A DNA stretch of 63,703 nucleotides, counting the filler, from Basidiobolus meristosporus CBS 931.73 (lineage: Eukaryota; Fungi; Basidiobolomycota), in assembly GCA_002104905.1 (NCBI GenBank). It is 4 parts of 4 records of this genome, joined end to end, with 100 filler letters (N's around TTAATTAATTAA, not from the genome) between each part and the next. Parts side by side here need not be neighbours in the genome. Positions count along the whole stretch, not along the records: positions 13,992 to 33,902 come from MCFE01001021.1; positions 34,003 to 51,114 come from MCFE01001103.1; 2 more parts are not named here. One strand, given 5' to 3'. Under the pieces are notes generated by a model. The model saw only the letters and a list, made by a program, of their open reading frames with translations. It did no database searches and was not told where the DNA came from. The position numbers and the translations under genes are program-made. Shown here piece by piece: positions 33,497 through 44,368 of the stretch (its first letter is position 1; each line of letters begins with the position of its first letter).

Positions 33497-33850
33497 ATGG
33501 AGAGTGAGAAAAGAACCACCAGTGTGGTGTTCATTGGCGACGTTAAGAAAGGTGTAATATGGGATTACAAGAATCTAAAAGAGAAAAAATCCAACCTCAA
33601 CGTAGAGTGAGTGGAGAGTTGAAGCTTTGATAGATCTGTATGAAATGCTAATATATAATATCAGACCTTTAGCTATGATCTCTAATTCGCGTACGCCAAG
33701 TGAAAGACTTCCGTCACCAAAAAGTGTTCGTTTCAGTGACATGAGCTTCTTTAAGAAGACTAGCACCCCTGCAGCACAAGTCTGGTCAGAAGCAGTGCTT
33801 TCTACTGTAGATCATTTGGGGAACCTGTACATCTTCGACTTTGAGCCATC
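33497..33850 (+). CDS. Partial gene of unknown function (exon 33497-33606, intron 33607-33664, exon from 33665), cut by the contig end
   Basis: GTGAGT donor, GCTAAT branch and CAG acceptor give an in-frame join MESEKRTT...NVE|PLAMIS... Confidence 0.55.
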
Positions 33851-33902
33851 AGTTAGGTTCACAATAGATATTTGTTTATGACGCGGTTGAGCTTACGAAC
33901 CC

Positions 33903-34002
33903 NNNNNNNNNNNNNNNNNNNNNNNNNNNNNNNNNNNNNNNNNNNNTTAATTAATTAANNNNNNNNNNNNNNNNNNNNNNNNNNNNNNNNNNNNNNNNNN
34001 NN
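33903..34002. other. Artificial contig spacer
   Basis: 44 N + TTAATTAATTAA + 44 N. Confidence 0.98.
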
Positions 34003-34080
34003 CATCAGTAAAGAGACTGCAAAGCTCACAAGAATCCAATCTAAGTTCTACAAGAAACTACCACTTTTCTGTCAGAAAAG

Positions 34081-34333
34081 TCCCCTCTAAGAAGCCCCTT
34101 TACTCTAAAGACACCCCTTTAGACACCCCTTTAGTCTAAAGACCCCTTTAGAGACCCCTTTAAGAAACCCCTTTACTCTAAAGAAGCCCCTTTAGGCACC
34201 CCTTTAGTGTAAAGTCCACTTTAGAGACCACTACAAGAAGCCCCTTTACTCTAAAGACACCCCTTTAGACACCCCTTTAGGTCTAAAGACCCCTTTAGAG
34301 ACTTCTACAACACACCCCTTTAGGTTAAAGGGG
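34081..34333. repeat. Minisatellite: 13 exact CCCCTTTA motifs in a ~73-bp higher-order unit x3, closed by hairpin CCCCTTTA-GGT-TAAAGGGG
   Basis: Counted directly; includes internal CTTTAG/CTAAAG inverted pairs. Confidence 0.9.
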
Positions 34334-34759
34334 AGTTCAGAATTTCCATATAAGGAAATATTCTCTCAGAAAGGAAAGTGACTTCCAACTAAGGAAAAGT
34401 TACTATAAAAGTAAATAAGCCCATTAGTCAACAGAAGGTCAGAACACTGCTGTAGAAGTGATGAACACTGCCTACAGTATATTTTGAGCCCAAGATTGAG
34501 GAAATTAGTGAAAGTTATATCTTCTATCGGTATATCAAACTCCCAATAAACTATTTCAGTATTAGCATACTGGAAGTTGTTGTATATTGTTGATTAGCCT
34601 CTACATTGTAGAACAAGCCCCAAACTAATCATAATACAACACAACAGAGCAGCTACACTATAGGCATAGAGCTGATTGTGTGGATATCTGCAGCTACTGT
34701 ATCTGTTCTCTACTCCATCTTGCTTGATGTGCAGAGAACATTGGGCCTTGCTTCACCTC

Positions 34760-35130
34760 CCGGAAGTGTTCTACTATTATAGAAGTATCAAGCAGCTGGC
34801 AGGATAATGTTTGTACATTAATGACTGATGAATGGTAAAGTATGACTTGTGTGGCAAAACATTGGCTGTGATCCTTGTAATAATTCCTATGCTGTCTTTG
34901 TGCCTCATAGCTGAGTGGCTTATTACAATATTCACATGGTCTTTCTCTCTTCTCTTATTGCACTGAGGCAACAAGCTTGCAACTCAACAATGTAGTGCTA
35001 TTCCACTACTTTTAGTCAATATTCATATGTATTTAAGAAGATCATGTGTTTGAGGTATTGTACCTACTCCAATTTAAAATATCAACAATGGACTGCCTTA
35101 GTAAGCATTGTAAATTAAGTTGAAGCACCA
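34760..35130 (-). repeat. Inverted paralogue of the CACTA inter-ORF region (~57700-58030)
   Basis: Reverse-complement similarity by eye (e.g. GATAATGTTTGTACA..TGACTGATGAATGG). Confidence 0.65.
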
Positions 35131-35249
35131 CATACATACATATGTGTTACAAGTCTTGATATAAAAGTAGTAGAGGAATAGGGAGTTTACTGGTATTGTA
35201 TTCACTAAAGCTTGAACTGATTTTTATTGAGGTTCCAGCTGCTCCATAT

Positions 35250-35712
35250 ATACATTTTGCCAGAACAATTGCTGACTAATTACTGTTGAAAAATTTCTGT
35301 GAATAATTTCCAAATTTCATTATCAAGAACATCAGGTCTTGTATTTTTTGTAACAGATAAAAATATATTGTCTTTGTTGGGTTTCAAATCATTAATAAAT
35401 TTAGATACCTTTTTGACGGCCTCACTGTGAACAACAGTACCTTCTGCCAATTCACACATTCCAATTGTATCAACAATTGTAAGATTACCATTGGTGATAC
35501 TTTTACATTCTGCAGTATATCTCCTAGTTTTGTCCAGAGTAATAAATGGCTGGGCTTGATTATTAAATTTTTGTTGTTCAAAAGAATGTTAGATAGTGTT
35601 GATTTGCCAGAACCCGTTTTCCTATTAGAGATATAGTATGGCAAGTTGCATCAACCCAATATCTGTCTTTGTTCAGGGGGTTTCAAGCCATTTCTGCTGT
35701 TTGTTGAGCATA
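35250..35712 (-). pseudogene. AIG1/GIMAP-type P-loop GTPase pseudogene 1
   Basis: Across frameshifts reads TISLIGK/TGSGKSTLSNIL ... TAECKSITNGNLTIVDTIGMCE (G1, G2 Thr, G3 DTxG); contains internal stops. Confidence 0.75.
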
Positions 35713-35940
35713 TTTTGTTACACGTCCAGCAAATTTATTTTTATTTTTTCCAAAATTATATTTAATTAATACATTTTAAAAAAAGGGGATATTATACGTT
35801 AATTAATTGTTATTAAAATAAAAATGCTGCAACTGCTGAAGCTACTAATGCAGGCGCCAATGTTAATTTTCTGCCCATGTCCAACAAAATTTCTTGACCC
35901 AATTGCCATCCAATGGATTTAATTATATCCTTGTTTACAT

Positions 35941-36678
35941 CTAGTAATGTAGCAGCCAATTCTCTTCTTGCTGCAAAGTGTGCTTATACCTAGTAGGCAG
36001 TTTGGATTGCTTTGTAGATATAAAATTTCTGATAGTGTTGGAAAGATGTTCAATGGATGTATATCTTCTCCTTGCTCTTAAAACTTGCTCTTCTTGATCA
36101 AGTCTGTCATCCATTTTTTCCAAAACTCCAGGAAGATCAACACCAATGAATTTTTTGCATGGATAAAATACTCTTTCTAAATCAGATACATTTTTGTCTA
36201 CCCATTTTTGATTGGTATGAGTTAAAATAACTAACAAACATGAATTGCATCCTTTGAACACACAATTAAAAGTTCTGCACGCAATTTCATCTGCAGGATC
36301 TATACGTCCCCCACCTTTAGAGACAAACATGACAGCTTGAAGTGGCAATTTTTTTTCTGACACCTGTTCCATAAACAAAAGTATATGATCAATAGATTTG
36401 GCTTTATCCACATTGTTGTCATAAACTTCTGAACAACCAACGGTATCAACTATTTGCCATCCATTCCCCAATCAAACATTTGTTTTCTTTGTGACTCCTC
36501 TGGCACTCATAACAGCTTTAAGCACATTGTTATTATAACCTTTTATCATACCCTGGGTTAACACATTTGCAACACTAGATTTTCCTCTTCCTGTAATCCC
36601 CACAACAACTCTATAAATAAGTCTGTATTCTTTTTCAACAACTTGACCATTGTGAGTTTTACTTGAACAACAACCCAT
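35941..36678 (-). pseudogene. AIG1/GIMAP-type GTPase with MGCCSS N-terminus; one in-frame TGA at 36472-36474
   Basis: ORFs 36472-36678 and 35941-36471 are in the same frame; VVGITGRGKSSVANVL (G1), GVT (G2), IVDTVG (G3), VILTH (G4-like). Confidence 0.85.
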
Positions 36679-36818
36679 GTTTAAAAAGTTTTGGAAGGCG
36701 TATTACAACACACTTGTCAATATATTTTTTTATACAACATAGTTTATTGTGATATTCATTTGCAAATATATACAAAGGTTTTTAAGACAGTATATTAGAT
36801 ATTTTGATAATATGCTTA

Positions 36819-37328
36819 CTACATTTGAATTGTTGGTACTATATTTTGTTCTGCCTTATAAATTAATCTTTTGGGTAAAGTTTGGTAGTTTGTATTTAAA
36901 AACATTATAGCTTTTTTCTGAGATTCCAAATTCATATTAGAAATAATGTTATCTCTTGGAACATACCATCTACATGTATATATGACAGATATGGAGAATG
37001 TTATACCTTCATATATAATAACTTTATCTAACCAATTGGGCATCTCTACTTCTTCTCTATATGGTATAGCTAAAAGGGTAACAGACATGTTTGATACATA
37101 AACTGTTTTATTTGGACTGCATGATGGTACAATGTGTGTGATATCTATATCATGTTTTACATTTGGGTTTTTCATACCTAAAATTTCTTCTATGGCAAGC
37201 CTCAAACCGGAAACATATATGTGTTTAAAACTAACATCAGAGTTCCTGGTGGTAATTATTATATTATTAATCCATTCATATCTTATGTTACATACATCCA
37301 CTGGATTTATTGTTTTACAATGTTTCAT
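36819..37328 (-). CDS. Hypothetical protein (169 aa), AT-rich, intronless
   Basis: Open ORF; its start overlaps the upstream stop codon as ATGA; no family recognised. Confidence 0.55.
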   Translation of the reverse strand: MKHCKTINPVDVCNIRYEWINNIIITTRNSDVSFKHIYVSGLRLAIEEILGMKNPNVKHDIDITHIVPSCSPNKTVYVSNMSVTLLAIPYREEVEMPNWLDKVIIYEGITFSISVIYTCRWYVPRDNIISNMNLESQKKAIMFLNTNYQTLPKRLIYKAEQNIVPTIQM

Positions 37329-37615
37329 CTTTTCTGTTGTTTTTTTTCAACTAAATTTTTTAATTGGGTAGACATTTGGTAATTTTTTTTGTTGTACTCT
37401 GTGTGTTGATGAATATCAGCAATATATTGCTGGGAAAGTATATTTAACTCTTTTATGTCAGAACACAATTTACCCAAAGTTTCTTCTTGAAGTAACATTG
37501 GGATATTATCCAATCCTTGAATTATGTTTGTCCATGAAACTTTGTTAATTAATATTTTGCTTGCTCCAGCTAATTCAACTTTGACCAATGGGTTTGCACT
37601 ATTTATATCATGCAT
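37325..37615 (-). CDS. Hypothetical protein (96 aa), AT-rich
   Basis: Open ORF tightly packed between neighbours; no family recognised. Confidence 0.5.
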   Translation of the reverse strand: MHDINSANPLVKVELAGASKILINKVSWTNIIQGLDNIPMLLQEETLGKLCSDIKELNILSQQYIADIHQHTEYNKKNYQMSTQLKNLVEKKQQKR

Positions 37616-37860
37616 TGGATCTATATCTAAATAACTTTTGCAAAATGTTCAAGAAATTTTGTTTTTTCTAGTATTGGTTCTAACATATCATTATTTTTTG
37701 GTATTTGTCTGCAAGAAATATTTTTTTGCTTTTGTACCAAATTAATTAAATTATATTCTACCCCAAGTGGAATATCATCCCTTTTATTATTTGTATAAGT
37801 TTTATGGTTGTGTTGATTGTGCCCATCTGATTTTATAATTCCTTTTTCAGCCATTTGATT

Positions 37861-39329
37861 AGACTTGTTCTGTTGAATAGTACCACATTGAGCAATGAGT
37901 GCCAAATGATGCCATAGTGTGCCAGAGAGGCCAAGTGAACCTATACTTTGCCACAGAGTGTGAAACATAGCTCTGCATCTTCATGCAAGGCCACCCCTGT
38001 GATTCACCCATTGTGTTGGAGAAAATACATTTTTTAACCTTTTTTTTTATGTCAATGTTGTGCAGGATGTGTAAGAGTACAAAAGGATTGAAGATATGCA
38101 TCTGGTACTCTATAGACTTGTTCCGTTGGATAGTGCCACATTGAGCCATGAGTGCCAAATGATGCCATAGTGTGCCAAAGAGGCCAAGTGAGCCTATACT
38201 TGGCCACAGAGTGTGAAACATAGATCGGCATCCTCATGCAAAGCAGCCCCAGTGTTTCACCTATGATGTAGGAGAAAATCCTTTTTTTGACGTTTTTTTG
38301 TGGATCAATGTTGTGCAGGATGTGTAACAGCACAAAAGAACTGAAGACATGCATCAGGTACTCAATACCCATGGCACTCTGAATCTAGCTCCTGTGGCTT
38401 GTAACATGTCACAAAAATGTATGGCACTATCTTGGTCCACTGGTACTATCTGGCACTATATTTAATTATTACCCCTAAAGTAAGATCAATACAAAGCACT
38501 ATAGTGCCAGATAGTACCAGTGGACCAAGATAGTGCCATGCATTTTTGTGACATGTTACAAGTCACAGGAGCTAGATTCAGAGTGCCATGGGTATTGAGT
38601 ACCAAATGCATATTTTCAATCCTTTTGTGCTCTTACACATCCGGCACTACATTGACCTAAAAAAAAAGGTCAAAAAATGGATTTTCTCCAACATAATTGG
38701 TGAAACACAGGGGCAGCTTTGCATGAAGATGCAAATCTATGTTTCACACTCTGTGGCCAAGTATAGGCTCACTTGACCTCTCTGGCACACTATGGCATCA
38801 TTTGGCACTCATGGCTCAATGTGGCACTATCCAACAGAACAAGTCTTATACCTATGGCACTCTGAATCTAGCTCCTGTAGCTTGTAACATGTCAGATAAA
38901 TGCATGGTACTATCTTGGTCTGCTGGTACTATCAGGCACTATATTTAATTATCAGCCCTAAATTAAGATCTATACAAATTACTTATAGTGCCAGATAGTA
39001 CCAGCAGACCAAGATAGTACCATGCATTTTTCTGACATGTTACAAGCTACAGGAGCTAGATTCAGAGTGCCATAGGTATTGAGTACCTGATGCATGTCTT
39101 CAATTCTTCTGTTCTCTTACACATCCTTCACAACATTGATCACAAAAAAACATCAAAAAATGAATTTTCTCCTGCATCATAGGTGAAACACAGGGGCTGC
39201 CTTGCATGATGATGCAGAGCTATGTTTCACACTCTGTGGCCATGTATAGGTTCACTTGGCCTCCCTGGCACACTATGGTGTCATTTGGCACTCATGGCTC
39301 AATGTGACACTATTGAATGGAACAAGTCT
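37861..39329. mobile_element. Foldback MITE, outer copy (733 bp net), TIR begins AGACTTGTTC, 3-bp TSD ATT
   Basis: AGACTTGTTC at 37861 and GAACAAGTCT ending 39329; ATT at 37858-37860 and 39330-39332. Confidence 0.9.
38114..38846. mobile_element. Foldback MITE, inner copy (733 bp = 347-bp arms + 39-bp spacer), 3-bp TSD TAT
   Basis: TAT at 38111-38113 and 38847-38849; arms 38114-38460 and 38500-38846 are imperfect reverse complements. Confidence 0.9.
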
Positions 39330-39345
39330 ATTATTCTCATGATGC

Positions 39346-40415
39346 TGTGGTGGTGTATAGGTCCAAGGGAGAGATACGTCCAACACTTCTCAAGTGTTTT
39401 GTGTGTGGGGTGTTCACTGGGTGCAATAACCTCTGGCAAAAGCTTGCTAGGAATACTTGGGTTCTGTGTCTAATCTAATGTGAAGGGGAGTAAAGCCACA
39501 AGCTTGTCAAGGGAAAACTATTGAGCTACAATCCCCAACTTAGTTGGCGTCTTAACAAAAGTATGTGCTGGGTTCAGTGTCCTTTGAGATGACAATGTAC
39601 TAAAGCTTCCAAAGTCAAAACAACTGTAAACTCCACCAGCAGGGACTTGATAAGAATGCAGCTGTGGTCAATAGTTACAAAGACAGAAAAGTATCTTTGC
39701 CTGTACAAGAACAAATTTGGGAAAGAATCAAATATAATAAAAGATACCTACTCTGAGTATTGCTCACAAGTAGTGCCTCCAAGGTTAGTTGGCTGTCAAC
39801 ACGGTTTCCTGGGAGTGTCCTGTGGTCTAGGGTTGGAAGTTCAGGTAGTAGCAGTTAGCAGTGATCACACTAATCAACAAGTTGGTATATTGATAAAATG
39901 GATGATGAGTTATTGTTGAGGGATAGCCTCCCTTATATACTTTTCTTACTGGCTAAGTGATTACTAATCATGGTGTTCCAGAAGGTTCTGGATATCAATA
40001 GAAATCTTAATACATCAAAATGACCTAAGAATGTTCTAAGTAGGTGCCGGAAGGTTCTAAGAGGCACAGCACATCCAACCAATCAGGAATCAGTATTCTG
40101 AAACCTGTGTAACATAGGGATACCATATATGGTATGGAAATGGTAGGGATGGTGACACGGGTTGATCATATGTCATGGGTACTGGCACAGGTACTTGCCT
40201 AGTATAGAAGCACTTATAGCTAGTAATCTTACATAAAGTGAGGGGTAACTTATGCAATAAGGTAAGCAGGCATGATAGTCAACCGGCTTATGGGATGGTA
40301 CTGATTGGGTAAGACAAATGGGATAAAACTAAAATAAGTGTAGTAGAGATATAGGGAAGTAGAAAATAAGGGAATGAGCACATCTCTCAGTGGGTGTCAC
40401 TGTCACCCCACTACA
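39346..40415. mobile_element. Solo LTR (1070 bp), 4-bp TSD ATGC
   Basis: TGTGGTGG...CCACTACA termini; ATGC at 39342-39345 and 40416-40419; inverted paralogue at 53800-54870. Confidence 0.9.
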
Positions 40416-40593
40416 ATGCCTTTGATTCTGAAAAGGTTGTTGACAACTTTTAAATTCTTGGTTTAAATCTAAATGCATTTTAACATGATGCATATTTTTC
40501 AGCTTTCTGATTTAATTTATTTTGTATACCACTCACAAGGTTGATAATAATATTTTTTCTTGACAATTTTTAGATCAATGAGGTCTTTGTCAA

Positions 40594-41465
40594 ATGTGCA
40601 CAATCATATTACAAATTGTGTATCAGTGTATGATTGGCATTGACAATATTGTAACTAGTTTAGTTACCAGTGGGGCAGTTTACCTTCCAAAAACTTTTGC
40701 AAAAAGGTTGGCCAAATCTGATTTTGTTACAGCTCTACAAGAGCATCTTACCAGTAGAACATCCAAAACTCATCCCGTATTTTTCTGTAATTTAAATAGA
40801 AAAACAAATACCAAAGATTATAAATATTTTGACATTAACAATAAAGTTGGCCTTGCAGGTGTTGAGAAAAGTATAGGAGATGCAGTTACAATGCCAGATC
40901 AGGCAACTTCCATTGTTGGGAAACTATTAAACAACAGCTAAACCAATGTCCTTTTGTTGTTGAAGATGTTTCTAAAAGTGGACAAAAATGCAAATTACTT
41001 GAAGAAAATAAAAGTTGGTACTTTGGCAATTGCAAATTGGAACATATAATTAACAGCAGGATTAAAGTTTGGTTGACCAATTTAGTTAATAATCATGAAT
41101 TTTATGACAAATTAGAAGCCAGTGGTGCTGTACAACCATTAATTAATATGTTTTTAGTTACTAGTTTTGCAATTAATAAAATTGGGGAACAATTATACTA
41201 AAGATATTTTACATCTCACAAAATTGCCTGCATTGGTTATATTAAATATCCAGATTCTGTTCATGCCCCTTCTTATAACATTTATAAATTGGATATAACC
41301 ACGGATTCTTGTCTCAAGAAGATTGTTTTTTGAGCTTCTCAAAGTATTGGTGTCCAAGGTGAATATACAGGGAAAAGATATATACATAGATATGAAATTA
41401 TCCAAGTTATGTCTCCAAAAGCAATTACACATGCAGTCAACTCTGCAATTGATATGTTTGAGTAA
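40594..41465 (+). pseudogene. AT-rich hypothetical gene, ~290 codons, with one frameshift (~40915) and two in-frame stops
   Basis: ORF 40594-40941 continues in a shifted frame as ETIKQQLNQCPF...LY*RYF...IVF*ASQ...DMFE*. Confidence 0.55.
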
Positions 41466-41574
41466 TGTTATATTAATTTGTTTTTTAAAAAAAAATACAG
41501 ACATATGTATCTAATAAAATAGTTAACATATTTGTAATACAACTTATACAAATATTTGACTCATATCTTTCAAA

Positions 41575-42241
41575 TGGCCACATTAAAATTTCCAATTTCC
41601 ACATCTCCATATCACAAAATTACAACATTGGCTCTTGATATGAAATGTGCAATTAACCAACATGTATCTAATGACGCATGGAATAACAAAAATATGTTTC
41701 AGTGCTTATTAAATGTTAATAATAATTTAGATGTACAAACTCCCATTCATGTTGTTGAAAAACTTGATCTGCAGAATAATATTACTAAACTGAAGAATTT
41801 TAATATGTCAACATACATTTCTGCAACACTTGAAACTCACGTAGCTTTGGCTCTCCAAAATATTAACAACAATGGTGATGTATGGGAGCATATTAAACCT
41901 AATTACATGAAAAATTTGGAAACTAATATAACGTGTATTTTTCAACAAATAAAAAAACTCTTAAAAATAAAATTTTATATGGTGAACACAATACTTGGGA
42001 ACGTTTACATCATACCAATATCATTGAACTTCCAAGAGCCAAAACACCATACTTTGAAATTTATACTATGCGGACTTGGATATCTTTTAAGGGTGATAAA
42101 TTTTTTTGGTCTAAAAATTCATCTTCTAAAATTATAACCAAAATATCAACCGTAAATGTTTATACAACCGGGAAACTATTTGATAAACTGCAGTCTGCAA
42201 TAAAATCTGATCTTATTAATAATACAAATAACTTTTTTTAA
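41575..42241 (+). pseudogene. AT-rich hypothetical gene with a frameshift in an A-run (~41950)
   Basis: ORFs 41556-42137 and 41933-42241 join as ...CIFQQI/KKTLKNKILYGEH...; no family recognised. Confidence 0.5.
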
Positions 42242-42419
42242 GAATTTTATGGAAATGTGATTTGTAAAACTCTTTGTTTAATATGTTTACAACATGTTAA
42301 AAATTAATTTTTTTCTATTTTTAATATGCTGACTAACAATATTAGGTATATCATGTTATTTTGTTATTACAAAATTTGTTATTAAAAAATATGCAATGTT
42401 GGATTATTTGGCTTTAACA

Positions 42420-44081
42420 TTATCATTCAGTGATGTTAGCATTGGATGGCATCATCTTAAGGCCAGCATACCATGGGACCATCAGGAACTCAAGGCTAAG
42501 CAGAATGTGCTTGACCTGTTTCATGTGCATTATCCTTGATTCAAGCAAGTAAACAGATTTTGGGCCAGTATTGGAATGCTAAGAAAGTATCTCAAGAATA
42601 GCAGAAACTGTCAAAGGCCAAAGAACAAGGGTGCCATGGCTAAAGACCAGTGGCTTCCTCAGGAGCTTGTCACAAACAGGGCTGAACACTCCAAACAAGT
42701 GGCAAAGAAATGTCTGATAGTCAGAAGAGTGCCAATAAGGGACAGGCAGGCAGAAACAGATGCATCTGTGCAGTATTTAGAAAGGAGGAAGCATTGCTTA
42801 ATACATGAAGCACTCAGTCATAATAGCAGCAAAGGACTTGACAGTGATAATAACCCATGGCTCTCTCAGGTGCCAATCACAAGTAGAGCTGATAGTTTCA
42901 AGCAAATGGCTAAGAAATGTCAGGTTTCCAGCAGAGTGCCAGCAAGGGACAAGCAGGCAAAAATGGATGCACCAGTGCAGCATTCTTCAAGGAGAAAACA
43001 GAGTATCATACATGAAGCACTCCATCAAAGTAGCAGTGAAAGACTTGGCAGTGATAAAGGTAAAGAGAAAAAGGAGTACCCAAGCCAAAGACAGGGAAAT
43101 GTCAGAAAAAAGCTGTGGTTCTCACTAATTAACACTGTCAGCCCAGATCAGGTGGAATCCCATAATAGCCAAGAAGAATTACCAACAAAAAAGCAGCTGT
43201 TTTCTTAAGAGTTGGAAGCGCAGCCACTTGTGCTACACTCCAGTGAGGTAGATGAGCTTGCAGAGAAAAGCAATTTGTCTTCTACTGCCTCCACAGCCTC
43301 CATTGTAGACAGAGTTGAGATCCCACTGACAGACAAAGCAGCAATGTTGAGGACTCACAAGACTATCACAATGCCTACAGTGGAATTTTGGAACATTGAT
43401 AGGCACACCTAGAGGTTACAGCACCACTTCAGGAGCAGTGCTCATGAAAGAGCACCTGAGTATTGCAAGGATTTATTCCAAAGACTGGCAGATGTGGTAC
43501 CAGACCTTAGAGTGCTGGCTGAAGACCAGGACATATGGAAACCAGTGAATGAAGAGTGGCATAAAGCTGTAGGGTTTCCACTATAGTCATTAAAAATGGG
43601 TGCTACAGCATAAATACTGATTAGATGGTGGATTTTAATGGAGTTATATATTGAGTGTGAGGTTAGGCTTAATACTAGTGCTAGGGATAGGGACTTGTAT
43701 AAGTCAAATACAATTGGCAATTGAGTTACAACTGAAGTTTCAATGGATATAAATCAACTTGTATGCATAAAAAGAAGAGAATTGATTGAGTCAGGAAGTA
43801 GGAAGTGTGAAAAAGAGGCAATAGCCAATCAATGAACACAAATGTAGGAGGTGATTGAGTGTCTGAGATCAGAAAGTGGCAGAATTGGCAGAGGACCAAT
43901 CAAAAGCCACTTATGCATTGTTGTGATAAAAATTTTGACCAAGTGATTTGTAAAATCTGGGGTGCAATTATTTTTTAATGGTCTTTGCGTGATGGCCTGA
44001 TGGGATCTATCTCTCTTAGTCACAGGACTTTAATTTTGTGATGGCCTTTTGACAGAATCATTGCAATCATTTCTCATAGGG
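42420..44081 (+). mobile_element. CACTA/CMC remnant: 3' part of ORF-X and terminus ...CATAGGG
   Basis: Paralogous to the reverse complement of 53770-56850; ends in the complement of CCCTATG. Confidence 0.7.
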
Positions 44082-44368
44082 TCCAGTGAGATAGATGAGC
44101 TTGCAGAGAAAGGCACTTTGTTTACCATTGCCTCCATATCCTCTGTTGTAGACAGAATTAATATCCCATTGACAGACAAAATATAATATCAAGAACTCAA
44201 GAGACTATCACAAAGCCTATAGTGGAATTTTGGTACATTAGTATGCATACCAAGAGGTTGCAGCACTTCTTCATGGGCAGTGCTTAAGAAAACACAATTT
44301 AATATTACAAGGATTTATTGCAAAGACTGGCATATGAGATGCTAGACCTTGCAGTGCTGGCTGGAGAC

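Larger units (their letters stand above)
37627..40493 (-). pseudogene. Hypothetical 106-aa gene split by the nested MITE and a solo LTR
   Basis: Removing both insertions and one copy of each TSD gives the open frame MHHVKMHLDLNQEF...HHENNQMAEKGII...FAKVI*. Confidence 0.6.

Noticed and set aside
37859-39473. Repeated small ORFs (MFHTLWPSIGSL..., MGIEY...) and a repeat-spacer appearance suggesting CRISPR or a peptide family
   Set aside because: Fully explained by the four arms of two nested palindromic MITEs; there are no unique spacers and no cas genes.
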